Source of the DNA: an uncultured Bacteroidales bacterium
GTDB taxonomy: Bacteria > Bacteroidota > Bacteroidia > Bacteroidales > UBA3824
DNA length: 64,000 bases
NCBI GenBank assembly: GCA_905234655.1
Contig: CAJOJG010000002.1
Coordinates: 12,089 to 76,088 of the forward strand
Reading direction: 5' to 3'
Each line of letters begins with the position of its first letter. Positions within the stretch are counted from its first letter, which is position 1. Of the stretch, positions 35,069 to 44,573 are shown one piece after another. The translations under genes and the position numbers were made by a program. Below the pieces are notes generated by a model. That model worked only from the letters and a program-made list of their open reading frames with translations. It was not told the origin of the DNA and did not search any database.

Positions 35069-37909
35069 ATGACTAACACCATACTCGACGACACGGAAGG
35101 AAATATCGTCATAAAAGGCGCGCGCCTTCATAACCTCAAGAACATCTCATTGACAATCCCCAGGGGCAAGTTTGTGGTAATCACCGGCTTAAGTGGCTCT
35201 GGAAAAAGCACGTTGGCCTTCGACACTCTGTACGCCGAGGGGCAGCGGCGGTATGTCGAGTCCTTGTCGGCGTATGCAAGGCAATTCCTCGGGCGCATGA
35301 CAAAGCCGGAGGTCGAATATATTAAAGGTATTCCGCCAGCGATAGCCATTGAGCAGAAGGTGACGACGAAGAACACGCGCAGTACCGTCGGCACTTCGAC
35401 CGAAATATACGACTACCTCAAGCTCCTCTATGCCCGAATCGGCAGGACAATATCGCCAGTGTCGTGTAAGGAAGTCAAGCGCCAGTCCGTGGACGATGTG
35501 GTCAACTACATACTTACACTTCCCGAGGCTACCAAAATCACACTCCTCGCGCCCATTGTGCCGATGGAAGGCCGCACTCCCGAACAGCATCTCCAATTGC
35601 TTATTACGGAAGGTTTTTCACGCATAATGGCTGATGGACAGATATACGAAATCGCCGACCTTGCGGCTAAGAAATCGCTGCTTAAGAATTTCAAGAAGAA
35701 GCACATCTTGGTCGACCGGTTCAAGCCCAACTCTGCGGCGGACGCCATGAGCCGAATGAGCGACAGCATACAGACGGCGTTTTACGAGGGCGACGGCGAT
35801 TGTGATTTGCAGATAGAGGAGCCGGGGAAGGAGATGCGCACCGAGCATTTTTGCACGAGGTTCGAGGCCGACGGGATTAAGTTTGAAGACCCGTCGGTAA
35901 ACACCTTTACCTTCAATAACCCTCTTGGCGCATGTCCAAAGTGCAACGGCCTCGGACGAATCATGGGCGTCGACGAAGACCTCGTCATCCCGAACAAAAG
36001 CCTGTCGGTGTATGAAAACGCCGTCAAATGTTGGAACGGGCCAAAGCTCGGCGAATGGAGGGACGCGTTCTGCATGAAGGCCGGCAAGTTCGGTTTTCCA
36101 ATCCATACGCCGTACAACATGCTCACGGACGACGAGAAGGACATCTTATGGTCGGGACGGCGCGGTCTGAGCGGCATTAACGACTTCTTCGAGATGTTGC
36201 AGAAGGAGAGTTACAAAATCCAAAACCGCGTGATGATAGCCCGTTACCGTGGGCAGACCACATGCCCCGAATGTCGCGGCTCGCGTCTGAGGAAGGAGGC
36301 TACATATATAAAGGTGGGCGGCAGGAGCATCGACCAGATTGTGAAGATGCCGGTAGACGAACTTTTGGAGTTCTACCGCCACATCGAACTCTCGGAAACC
36401 GACTCTAAAATCGCCGAGCGCATACTCCACGAAATCATTTCGCGGCTTGAGTTCTTATGTGACGTTGGGCTGCATTACATAACTCTCGACAGGCTATCGT
36501 CCACGCTTTCCGGCGGCGAGTCCCAGCGCATCAACCTCGCCACAAGCCTTGGCTCAAGTCTTACCGGCTCGCTGTATATCCTTGACGAGCCGTCTGTTGG
36601 ACTTCATACGCGCGACACCCACCGCCTTATTAGTGTCCTGCGCAAACTCCGCGACTTGGGCAATACTGTCCTTGTCGTCGAGCATGACGAGGAAATCATA
36701 CGCGCCGCCGACCATATTATCGACATCGGCCCGGAGGCTGGCGTTTTTGGCGGCGAGATCATGTTCCAAGGGGCGGTTTCGGAGCTTGAAAAAGCCACTC
36801 ACAGCCTGACCGCGAAATACTTGACTGGCGAAATGTCCATCGAAGTGCCGCGCCGCCGTCCATGGTCGCCAAAATCCGGCGCGTCTGTCACTATCCATGG
36901 CGCGAGGATGAACAACCTCAAGAATGTCACTGTCAAAATTCCGCTCTACCTTATGACAGTCGTCACAGGCGTCAGCGGCTCCGGCAAGTCGTCGCTCATA
37001 AAGGGCATACTCTATCCCGCGCTTGCCCAGCAGCTTTTGGACATTGGCGGGAAGCCCGGCGAGCATGATTCTGTGGACGGCGACCTGAAGATGCTGGATT
37101 CTGTGGAAATCGTCGACCAGAACCCAATCGGCACGTCGTCGCGCAGTAACCCTGTCAGTTACATCAAGGCATACGACGACATCCGCAAACTGTTTTCTGA
37201 ACAGCAGTTGAGCCGTCAGATGGGCTATACGCCAGGCTATTTCTCCTTCAACACTGACGGCGGCAGATGCCCGGAGTGCCAGGGCGAGGGCGTGATAAAG
37301 GTCGAGATGCAGTTCATGGCGGACGTGACGCTGATATGCGACAGTTGCCAGGGGCGGCGGTTCAAGGACGAGACGCTCGAAGTCCATTACCGCGGCAAGA
37401 ACATTTTTGACATACTCGAAATGTCTGTCGACGAGGCGCAGGCGTTCTTCGCCGAGGACGTTGATAACCACACTGCCGTCAAGATTGCGCAAAAACTTTC
37501 TGTACTCTCGCAGGTCGGACTCGGCTACATAAAGCTTGGACAACCGTCGTCCACGCTTTCCGGCGGCGAGAACCAGAGGATAAAGCTTGCTTCGTTCCTG
37601 CTTGCGGAGAAGTCTGGACAGCACACGATGTTCATTTTTGACGAGCCGACCACAGGCCTCCACTTCCATGACATAAAGAAGCTCCTCGCCGCCATAAATG
37701 CACTCATCGACCGTGGCAATACTGCCGTCATCATCGAGCACGACCCGGAAATCATAAAGAGTGCCGATTATGTCATCGACCTCGGGAAAGAGGGCGGAAA
37801 GGAAGGCGGGTACGTCGTCTTCACCGGCACACCCGAAAAACTCGCCGAGTGTGGCGACTCGTACACTGGCCAATACCTCAAGGCATCAGGCAAACTGGAA
37901 AAAAAGTGA
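35069..37909 (+). CDS. uvrA: Excinuclease ABC subunit A
   Basis: GLSGSGKSTLAFDTLYAEGQRRYVESLSAYARQF..., Zn-finger CPECRG/CPECQG motifs, and two ABC signatures LSGGESQR / LSGGENQR. Confidence 0.97.
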   Translation: MTNTILDDTEGNIVIKGARLHNLKNISLTIPRGKFVVITGLSGSGKSTLAFDTLYAEGQRRYVESLSAYARQFLGRMTKPEVEYIKGIPPAIAIEQKVTTKNTRSTVGTSTEIYDYLKLLYARIGRTISPVSCKEVKRQSVDDVVNYILTLPEATKITLLAPIVPMEGRTPEQHLQLLITEGFSRIMADGQIYEIADLAAKKSLLKNFKKKHILVDRFKPNSAADAMSRMSDSIQTAFYEGDGDCDLQIEEPGKEMRTEHFCTRFEADGIKFEDPSVNTFTFNNPLGACPKCNGLGRIMGVDEDLVIPNKSLSVYENAVKCWNGPKLGEWRDAFCMKAGKFGFPIHTPYNMLTDDEKDILWSGRRGLSGINDFFEMLQKESYKIQNRVMIARYRGQTTCPECRGSRLRKEATYIKVGGRSIDQIVKMPVDELLEFYRHIELSETDSKIAERILHEIISRLEFLCDVGLHYITLDRLSSTLSGGESQRINLATSLGSSLTGSLYILDEPSVGLHTRDTHRLISVLRKLRDLGNTVLVVEHDEEIIRAADHIIDIGPEAGVFGGEIMFQGAVSELEKATHSLTAKYLTGEMSIEVPRRRPWSPKSGASVTIHGARMNNLKNVTVKIPLYLMTVVTGVSGSGKSSLIKGILYPALAQQLLDIGGKPGEHDSVDGDLKMLDSVEIVDQNPIGTSSRSNPVSYIKAYDDIRKLFSEQQLSRQMGYTPGYFSFNTDGGRCPECQGEGVIKVEMQFMADVTLICDSCQGRRFKDETLEVHYRGKNIFDILEMSVDEAQAFFAEDVDNHTAVKIAQKLSVLSQVGLGYIKLGQPSSTLSGGENQRIKLASFLLAEKSGQHTMFIFDEPTTGLHFHDIKKLLAAINALIDRGNTAVIIEHDPEIIKSADYVIDLGKEGGKEGGYVVFTGTPEKLAECGDSYTGQYLKASGKLEKK

Positions 37910-37994
37910 AAAAAAGTTTTTGTACGTAAAAAACTAATAAACAAAAAGTTGTCGTGTATGACGGAAATATTTTGCTGAAAAACTTGCAAAATGA

Positions 37995-38026
37995 TTTGGA
38001 GAATTAAAAAAATGTGCATACCTTTG
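37995..38026 (+). promoter_or_regulatory. Bacteroidota-type promoter for the tRNA-Val array
   Basis: tttg at 37995-37998, 20 nt, then tacctttg at 38019-38026, which is 25 nt before the first tRNA. Confidence 0.55.
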
Positions 38027-38051
38027 CACTGTCAAAAACGATAAGACTTTT

Positions 38052-38126
38052 GGGAGTTTAGCTCAGTTGGTTCAGAGCGTCTGCCTTACAAGCAGAGGGT
38101 CATAGGTTCGAATCCTTTAACTCCCA
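38052..38126 (+). tRNA. tRNA-Val (anticodon TAC), copy 1
   Basis: Cloverleaf with acceptor gggagtt/aactccc, D-loop agctcagttggttcagagc, anticodon stem-loop tctgc-cTTACaa-gcaga, and T-arm ggttcgaatcc. Confidence 0.93.
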
Positions 38127-38148
38127 CGATTAAAAAACTACTTTTATA

Positions 38149-38223
38149 GGGAGTTTAGCTCAGTTGGTTCAGAGCGTCTGCCTTACAAGCAGAGGGTCAT
38201 AGGTTCGAATCCTTTAACTCCCA
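38149..38223 (+). tRNA. tRNA-Val (anticodon TAC), copy 2
   Basis: The 75 nt are identical to copy 1, and an encoded CCA follows. Confidence 0.93.
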
Positions 38224-38240
38224 CCAAATACTCTTTCATA

Positions 38241-38315
38241 GGGAGTTTAGCTCAGTTGGTTCAGAGCGTCTGCCTTACAAGCAGAGGGTCATAGGTTCGA
38301 ATCCTTTAACTCCCA
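38241..38315 (+). tRNA. tRNA-Val (anticodon TAC), copy 3
   Basis: The 75 nt are identical to copy 1. Confidence 0.93.
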
Positions 38316-38348
38316 CTTTCTCAAATTCTTAAAATTTAAAGTTGTTGG

Positions 38349-38390
38349 AGCGCACACCACGAATCTAAATTCTGATGTGCGCTTTTGTTT
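38349..38390 (+). terminator. Rho-independent terminator after the tRNA array
   Basis: agcgcaca ... tgtgcgct stem followed by tttgtttt. Confidence 0.7.
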
Positions 38391-38398
38391 TACCATGG

Positions 38399-38476
38399 CT
38401 TTCCTCCATAATCTCTCCTCGTTCCTTTTTCCTCGTTCCTCTCTCCTTTTTCCTCGTTCCTCTCTCCTCGTTCCTC
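38399..38476 (-). repeat. Polypyrimidine (+) / polypurine (-) repeat tract starting directly after the stop codon of the DNA alkylation repair gene
   Basis: There are four copies of cctcgttcc (38417, 38431, 38452, 38466), spaced 14/21/14 nt, in a ctc/ttc-only background. The - strand reads gaggaacgagga x4. Confidence 0.85.
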
Positions 38477-39235
38477 TCACAGCTCCATCCAATATTTCCG
38501 TTCCTTCTCGTCCATCTTTTCGATTGCATATCTCAGCGTGGTGCGGGACATTTCGGCGTGGTAGTCGGCGAGGAAGTCGCGCAAGATGTCCATGTCGCAT
38601 CGTTTGCCGACTTCACGGAGCATCCAGCCGACAGCCTTGTGCATGAGGTCGTGAGGGTGGTGGAGGTGGAACATCGCGTATCTGATGGCATATTCGGGAT
38701 GACCGTGCTGCGAAGTCATCCACGTAAAGACCATCGACATGCGCTTTTGCCAAAGATTGTCGCTTTCGGCGAGCTTTTGGATAGCGTCCTCCTTCTCGGG
38801 AAGGTCGATGAGTGTGCGCTCTATAATCCAGTTGCCGAGGAGTTTATGCGCAGTCAGGTCAACGATGTCCCAGTTGTTGGCTCGGGTGGAGTTGGCGATG
38901 TAGAAGTTTATGATTGAGTCGCGGCCGGCCATCGAGTTTATGTCGTTCTTCAGCCTTGTGGACTGTAGTTTGTGGTATTTCTCGACAAGAATCAGGAACC
39001 CGCACAGCCTGATTTCGTGGTACTCGGAATCTATGAGCCGCTGGATTTCGTCAAACGAAAGGTCAGAAAATTCTTTTGCAAAGGCGCGCGTCTGTGGATT
39101 TCTAAGCCCCAGGAACACGTCGCCCTCGCCATAGTCGCCTTTCCCGGTCTTGAAAAACCGCGTCAAAACCTGCCGCTGCTCCTCGTCGCCAGCCGCCTTC
39201 ATCTTTTCAATCAATGTCGTTACCCTGTCTGCCAT
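38477..39235 (-). CDS. DNA alkylation repair protein (AlkD-like HEAT-repeat family)
   Basis: ...QRQVLTRFFKTGKGDYGEGDVFLGLRNPQTRAFAKEF...NNWDIVD...W...R is the pattern of the DNA_alkylation family. Confidence 0.75.
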   Translation of the reverse strand: MADRVTTLIEKMKAAGDEEQRQVLTRFFKTGKGDYGEGDVFLGLRNPQTRAFAKEFSDLSFDEIQRLIDSEYHEIRLCGFLILVEKYHKLQSTRLKNDINSMAGRDSIINFYIANSTRANNWDIVDLTAHKLLGNWIIERTLIDLPEKEDAIQKLAESDNLWQKRMSMVFTWMTSQHGHPEYAIRYAMFHLHHPHDLMHKAVGWMLREVGKRCDMDILRDFLADYHAEMSRTTLRYAIEKMDEKERKYWMEL

Positions 39236-39249
39236 GGTCTTGGGGAATT

Positions 39250-39438
39250 TTATAAATTTACCAGTGAGCTTACTGTGTCAATAAAATCGTGTGCTAATAT
39301 TTCGAACTCTGAAACTTCTTCTTGTGATATTTGAAAGGAACAATTATAGTCGGCTTTTTGTCTAAGTTGGAAAAGTCTTGATAAAAAACTACCATATCTC
39401 TTGTCTATTATTGCGCGATTCTGTTCATCCATTGTCAT
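39250..39438 (-). pseudogene. HEPN-domain gene remnant (C-terminal half only)
   Basis: The 62-aa ORF contains ...LFQLRQKADYNCSFQISQEEV...FIDTV..., which is the C-terminal helix pair of about 125-130-aa HEPN partners of nucleotidyltransferases. The N-terminal ~65 aa are absent. Confidence 0.55.
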
Positions 39439-39443
39439 ATCAG

Positions 39444-39743
39444 TTAGATTCCTTCACGAACGACATTTTCGTAAAAAGGAGTGTATTTGTACTTTTGCCA
39501 TTCCTTTCGAGTGTATAGAATGGGGTTAATTTCCTCACCAAGTTCACACCCTGCCAGCACAAGAGGATAACTTACGTTGTCATAGTCGTCTTGATTTAAC
39601 GTATCTTTGTTAAGGATGATAAGTATATCCCAGTCAGAATCATTATGGGCGTCGCCACGTGCGCGAGACCCATAAAGTATCGCGGAACCTTTGTGGGTAA
39701 CTGATTGTCCAACAATCTTTTTTATTTCGTGTAGTGCGTCCAT
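39444..39743 (-). CDS. Nucleotidyltransferase-domain protein (MNT-type partner of HEPN)
   Basis: LYGSRARGDAHNDSDWDILI is the GSxxRG...DxD polymerase-beta-like motif. It is 99 aa, and this stretch is visibly AT-richer than its neighbours. Confidence 0.8.
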   Translation of the reverse strand: MDALHEIKKIVGQSVTHKGSAILYGSRARGDAHNDSDWDILIILNKDTLNQDDYDNVSYPLVLAGCELGEEINPILYTRKEWQKYKYTPFYENVVREGI

Positions 39744-39871
39744 TGTCTATTATTTCTTTGTCCACAAAAATAGCGAAATAATCTTTCGCCGCAAAAAAAT
39801 TGTGCCGCAATTTTCACCATTTCGATAATAATCATTAACTTCGCAGAAAATTTTTTGTAAAACACATTTTT

Positions 39872-41566
39872 ATGGGAAAAATATTAGGATCACAGGCCGT
39901 TGTCAAGTCGCTGCTTGAAGAAGGTTTGGACACTGTGTTCGGCTATCCGGGCGGCGCGGTAATCCCGCTCTACGACAGCCTTTTCGACTATATCAATGAG
40001 GGCAAGATACGCCACGTGTTAGCCCGCCACGAGCAGGCTGCCGCCCACGAGGCGCAGGCATACGCACAGATTACCGGCAAGGTCGGCGTGTGCATCGTTA
40101 CATCGGGGCCGGGCGCCACTAACGCCATCACGGGCATTGCAAACGCAAACATGGATTCAGTCCCGATGGTTGTCATCACGGGACAGGTCGGCAGTACGTT
40201 CCTCGGCACGGACGCATTCCAGGAGACCGACGTGTTCGGATTGTCGATGCCGATAGCAAAATGGAGCTGCCAGATAACGAGGCCCGGGGACATCGCCGAC
40301 TCGTTCGCAAAGGCGTTCTACATCGCCGTGTCGGGTCGTCCGGGTGTCGTGGTCATAGAAATCACGAAGGACGCGCTGACCCACGAGACGGAGTTCCACT
40401 ATAAAAAAGCTCCGGTCCTGCGCAGCTACGCTCCCTATCCGGAGATTGACCAGGAGAACATAGCCGCAGCTGCGGAGATGATTAACAACGCCAAGAGGCC
40501 GCTCGCGCTTATCGGGCATGGCGTGCTTATCGCGCGTGCGGAAAAGGCTGTCCGCGAGATGTTGGAGAAAGCCGGAATACCGTTTGGCATGACGCTCATG
40601 GGACTTACCGCCCTGCCGTCAGACCACCCGTTGTGCATCGGCATGTTGGGCATGCACGGTAGTTATGCCTCTAACAAGCTCACAAACGAGGCCGACTTGA
40701 TAATCGCGATTGGCATGAGGTTCTCTGACCGTGTCACCGGCCGGTTGTCCGGCTACGCGAAGAAGGCGAAGGTGTTGCATATAGAAATTGACAAGTCGGA
40801 AATCGACAAGAACGTGGAGACCGATTTGGCGGTGCATGCCGACCTGAAGACCGCGCTCTCGTACCTCACCCCGATGCTTGAGAAGAAGTCCAACAAGCAG
40901 TGGCGCGCCGAGTTCGACAAGTTCTACAAGATGGAGTATGAGCAGGTCATAAGGCACGACACCCAGCCCGGCGAAGGCATCATACAGCCCGGCGAGCCTG
41001 TGGACATCATCTCGCGCAAGACCAAGGGCGAAGCCATCGTCGTAACTGATGTAGGTCAAAACCAGATGGTCGCTGCGCGTTACTATAAGTTCAAGACACC
41101 CAACACGTTCCTGACTTCAGGCGGCCTCGGCACGATGGGTTTCGGACTTCCGGCGGCGGTCGGCGCGGCGGTCGCCCAGTCACAAAAGCCTGTCATACTC
41201 TTCACGGGCGACGGCGGATTCCAGATGAACGAGCAGGAGCTTGGCACAATCATCCAGGAGCATCTGCCTGTGAAAATCGTGATCCTCAACAATTCTGTCC
41301 TCGGCATGGTGCGCCAGTGGCAGACTATGTTCAATGGCGGACGTCATTCCGCCACTAACCTCATCAATCCTGATTTTGTGACCCTCGCGGCTGCATACGG
41401 CATAAAGGCTCGGAAGGTCGCAGACAGGGCTGGCCTCGACCCGGCGATAGACGAGATGCTGGATCTCGACGGGCCATACCTGCTCGACATTGAGGTTGAC
41501 AAGGACATGAAGGTCATGCCGTTCATCGCGCCAGGCTCGACAGTGGACGAGGTTAAATTGTGCTAA
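39872..41566 (+). CDS. ilvB: Acetolactate synthase large subunit (biosynthetic type), copy 2
   Basis: GSQAVVKSLLEEGLDTVFGYPGG...HEQAAAHEAQAYA...VTSGPGATNA...GLGTMGFGLPAAVG...GDGGFQM. By eye it is roughly 55-60% identical to copy 1. Confidence 0.92.
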   Translation: MGKILGSQAVVKSLLEEGLDTVFGYPGGAVIPLYDSLFDYINEGKIRHVLARHEQAAAHEAQAYAQITGKVGVCIVTSGPGATNAITGIANANMDSVPMVVITGQVGSTFLGTDAFQETDVFGLSMPIAKWSCQITRPGDIADSFAKAFYIAVSGRPGVVVIEITKDALTHETEFHYKKAPVLRSYAPYPEIDQENIAAAAEMINNAKRPLALIGHGVLIARAEKAVREMLEKAGIPFGMTLMGLTALPSDHPLCIGMLGMHGSYASNKLTNEADLIIAIGMRFSDRVTGRLSGYAKKAKVLHIEIDKSEIDKNVETDLAVHADLKTALSYLTPMLEKKSNKQWRAEFDKFYKMEYEQVIRHDTQPGEGIIQPGEPVDIISRKTKGEAIVVTDVGQNQMVAARYYKFKTPNTFLTSGGLGTMGFGLPAAVGAAVAQSQKPVILFTGDGGFQMNEQELGTIIQEHLPVKIVILNNSVLGMVRQWQTMFNGGRHSATNLINPDFVTLAAAYGIKARKVADRAGLDPAIDEMLDLDGPYLLDIEVDKDMKVMPFIAPGSTVDEVKLC

Positions 41567-41592
41567 AGTGTTATATTAATTAGAACAGAGAA

Positions 41593-42189
41593 ATGAACAA
41601 GACAATCGACGAAGAACCACGTCAATATACCGTGACGGTGTTTACTGAGGACAAGGTGGGAATGTTGAACAGGATAACCATCGTCTTCACTCGCCGCCAC
41701 CTTAACATCGACTCCTTGACGACATCCGAATCTGAGATTAAGGGCATTTTCCGCTACACCATCGTCACAAAATGCACCCACAGCCTGATAAAGAAGGTTG
41801 TCGACCAGATAGAGAAGCTCACGGAAGTCCTGCGCGCATGTTATTACGAGGAGGACGACGTCATCGCACAGGAAATCGCGCTATATAAGATTTCGACCCG
41901 GAATCTCACAAAGCGCGACAAGTCCATGGAGGACATTATCCGTGAATACAATGCGCGCATCCTCGACATTGAGGACGGCTTCATTGTGATAGAAAAGACC
42001 GGCTTTAAGCGTGAGACCCAAAAGCTTTTTGAGCAGCTTAAGCCGTATGGCATATTGCAGTTCGCGCGTTCAGGCCGTGTGGCGGTCACAAAACCCATCG
42101 AGGAGCTTACCGACTATCTCGAAGCCCTCGCCCAGGCCGCCCGGACTTCCAACAAAATCAGAAACTGGAAGTTGACGAATGTCGACTAA
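41593..42189 (+). CDS. ilvN: Acetolactate synthase small (ACT) subunit, copy 2
   Basis: YTVTVFTEDKVGMLNRITIVFTRRHLNIDSLT..., directly downstream of ilvB copy 2. Confidence 0.88.
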   Translation: MNKTIDEEPRQYTVTVFTEDKVGMLNRITIVFTRRHLNIDSLTTSESEIKGIFRYTIVTKCTHSLIKKVVDQIEKLTEVLRACYYEEDDVIAQEIALYKISTRNLTKRDKSMEDIIREYNARILDIEDGFIVIEKTGFKRETQKLFEQLKPYGILQFARSGRVAVTKPIEELTDYLEALAQAARTSNKIRNWKLTNVD

Positions 42190-42215
42190 GGCGGCGATGA
42201 AATTTCTATATGGCA

Positions 42216-42274
42216 TAAAAATGCGCGTTGAAATTCAGGTGGTGAAGCTTGAATTTCAACGCGCAATTTTTTTG
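42216..42274. terminator. Bidirectional rho-independent terminator between convergent ilvN-2 and ilvD
   Basis: A perfect 16-bp stem, tgcgcgttgaaattca (42222-42237) / tgaatttcaacgcgca (42250-42265), flanked by an A-run and a T-run. Confidence 0.85.
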
Positions 42275-42296
42275 GGTCCTTACACGCAATATTCTC

Positions 42297-44117
42297 CTAC
42301 AATTCCCTTACTGCGCCCTTGTCCGCGCTGGAAGCGTGGGCGGCGTAGAGGCGGAGAGCCTTGCTGACAACTCGGTCACGCTTGGGCTGGTAGCCGTTGG
42401 GGTCGGCGTCCATGGCTGCGCGGCGGCGTTGGAGTTCATCGTCGGAGATTTTGAGGTTGACACTGCGGGCGAGGATGTCGAACTCGATGATGTCGCCGTC
42501 CTCGATGAGCGCAAACGCACCATGAGAGGCTGCCTCGGGGCTTACATGTCCAACTGACAAGCCTGATGTGCCGCCGGAGAACCTGCCGTCGGTGATGAGG
42601 GCGCACTTGTCGCCGAGATGCTTGGATTTGAGGTAGGAAGTCGGGTAGAGCATTTCCTGCATACCGGGGCCGCCCTTAGGCCCTTCGTACTTTATGACAA
42701 CAACATCGCCAGCCTTGACCTTGTCGCCGAGGATTGCCGCAACAGCCTGGTCTTGTGAGTCATAGACCTTTGCCGTGCCGGAGAATTTAAAAATCTTCTC
42801 GCTCACACCGGCGGTCTTCACGACGCAACCGTCCTTGGCGATATTGCCAAAGAGGACAGCGATGCCGCCGTCCTTCGTGTAGGCGTGTTCCATGTCGCGG
42901 ATACAGCCATTGGCGCGGTCTGTGTCGAGGGTTTCCCAACGTGTGTCCTGGCTTGCGACTTTCAGGAGGCCAATCTTGCCCGATGCTGCCGACGAGTAGA
43001 TGCGCTGAGCCTCTGGGTCGATTTGTGGCTTTGTGATTGAATATTTTTCAATTGCCTCGCCGAGCGTAAGGCCGTCTGTGCGCTTGCATGAGAGGTCGAG
43101 GAGCTTTTTCTTGGCAAGTTCGCCGAGGATGTTGAGCACGCCGCCCGCACGGTTGACTTCTTCGATGTGGTAGTCGTGGGTGTTGGGCGCAACCTTGCAG
43201 ATGCACGACACACGGCGTGAGAGTTCGTCGATGTCCTTCATCTTAAAATCTACGCCAGCCTCCTGCGCAACCGCCAAAAGGTGGAGTACAGTGTTTGTAG
43301 AGCCGCCCATCGCAATGTCGAGAGCCATCGAGTTGACGAAAGCGGCCTTTGTGGCGATGCTCTTGGGAAGGAGCGAAGAATCATTGTCGCGGTAGTACTG
43401 GTACGCCAGTTCGACGATGCGCTTTCCAGCGTCCTCAAAAAGGCGGCGGCGGTTGACGTGTGTGGCGACGATTGTGCCGTTGCCGGGCAGTGAAAGTCCG
43501 AGGGCTTCCGTAAGGCAGTTCATGGAGTTTGCAGTGAACATTCCCGAACAACAGCCGCAGGTCGGGCAGGCGAGTTTTTCGACCTTCGAGAGTTCTTCTT
43601 CCGAAACGCCATTGTCGCCGCCCATAATCATTGCGTCGATGAGGTCGATTTTGCCATTGTTGTAGCGTCCGGCCTCCATCGCGCCGCCCGAAACGAAGAT
43701 TGTGGGAATGTCAAGGCGCATGGATGCCATGAGCATACCGGGGGTAATCTTGTCGCAGTTAGAGATGCAGACGAGTGCGTCCGCCTTATGAGCCTGGCAC
43801 ATGTATTCCACGCTGTCGGCTATGATTTCGCGGCTCGGCAACGAGTACAACATTCCGTCGTGCCCCATCGCGATTCCGTCGTCGATGGCGATTGTGTTGA
43901 ACTCTGCCGCGAAACAGCCCAGGCTCTCGACGGTTTCCTTGACGATTCGGGCGCACTCGTTGAGGTGTACGTGCCCCGGCACAAACTCTGTGAATGAGTT
44001 GGCGATGGCGATGATGGGCTTTCCAAAATGCTGCTCCTTCATGCCGTTTGCTCGCCAAAGTCCACGGGCGGCCGCCATAAGCCTTCCCGATGTATTTACT
44101 TTGCTTTTAAGTTCCAT
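42297..44117 (-). CDS. ilvD: Dihydroxy-acid dehydratase
   Basis: ...[21 protein letters not shown]...[11 protein letters not shown]...[25 protein letters not shown]... Confidence 0.96.
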   Translation of the reverse strand: MELKSKVNTSGRLMAAARGLWRANGMKEQHFGKPIIAIANSFTEFVPGHVHLNECARIVKETVESLGCFAAEFNTIAIDDGIAMGHDGMLYSLPSREIIADSVEYMCQAHKADALVCISNCDKITPGMLMASMRLDIPTIFVSGGAMEAGRYNNGKIDLIDAMIMGGDNGVSEEELSKVEKLACPTCGCCSGMFTANSMNCLTEALGLSLPGNGTIVATHVNRRRLFEDAGKRIVELAYQYYRDNDSSLLPKSIATKAAFVNSMALDIAMGGSTNTVLHLLAVAQEAGVDFKMKDIDELSRRVSCICKVAPNTHDYHIEEVNRAGGVLNILGELAKKKLLDLSCKRTDGLTLGEAIEKYSITKPQIDPEAQRIYSSAASGKIGLLKVASQDTRWETLDTDRANGCIRDMEHAYTKDGGIAVLFGNIAKDGCVVKTAGVSEKIFKFSGTAKVYDSQDQAVAAILGDKVKAGDVVVIKYEGPKGGPGMQEMLYPTSYLKSKHLGDKCALITDGRFSGGTSGLSVGHVSPEAASHGAFALIEDGDIIEFDILARSVNLKISDDELQRRRAAMDADPNGYQPKRDRVVSKALRLYAAHASSADKGAVREL

Positions 44118-44190
44118 TATTCAATAATTATCGTAAAAATGTTTTGATTGTCTGTTTGTCTGTGCCGCCTGACGGCGGTTCAGCAGCGGC

Positions 44191-44520
44191 TTATTGTTCC
44201 GGGACGACTGCGTAGAACTCGAGGTTCTCGGTTCCGTCGTTGATGAGCGTGTGCTGGTGTCCTTTGGGACAATAGTGGCAGAGGTCGGGATGGACGCGCT
44301 CCTCGATGCCGTCAATGATTGCCTTGCCAGTGCCGCTGACGAAAAACATTATCTCGCTCGATGTCTCGTGGGTGTGCAGGCCAATTGACGCGCCCGGCGC
44401 AAGGTACGAGTGCATGATGCGGTTTTTGCCGTCGAAAAACATCTTGGCGTGCATTTCCTTCTCGCCGCCCTTGAAGTGCGGTATCGTTTCAAATTCTACT
44501 TTACTGTAATCTATTACCAT
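44191..44520 (-). CDS. Cupin-domain protein
   Basis: A 109-aa protein with GASIGLHTHETSSEIMFFVSGTGKAIIDG...CPKGHQHTLIN, the two-His cupin motifs. Confidence 0.75.
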   Translation of the reverse strand: MVIDYSKVEFETIPHFKGGEKEMHAKMFFDGKNRIMHSYLAPGASIGLHTHETSSEIMFFVSGTGKAIIDGIEERVHPDLCHYCPKGHQHTLINDGTENLEFYAVVPEQ

Positions 44521-44573
44521 AGTTATAATATTAACATTATTGTATCTTCAACGCCTACGGCGTTTTTTTTACC

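Noticed and set aside
36554-37873. A 439-aa - strand ORF inside uvrA
   Set aside because: It is antisense to an unambiguous UvrA reading frame. Its composition is Arg/Ala/Val-rich with no recognisable motifs.
38289-38917. ORFs of 103 aa (-) and 180 aa / 89 aa (+) across the tRNA terminator and polypyrimidine tract
   Set aside because: They start inside tRNA or terminator sequence and translate the repeat tract (REERGKRREERGKRNEE / SFFLVPLSFFLVPLSS). They overlap the alkylation-repair gene.
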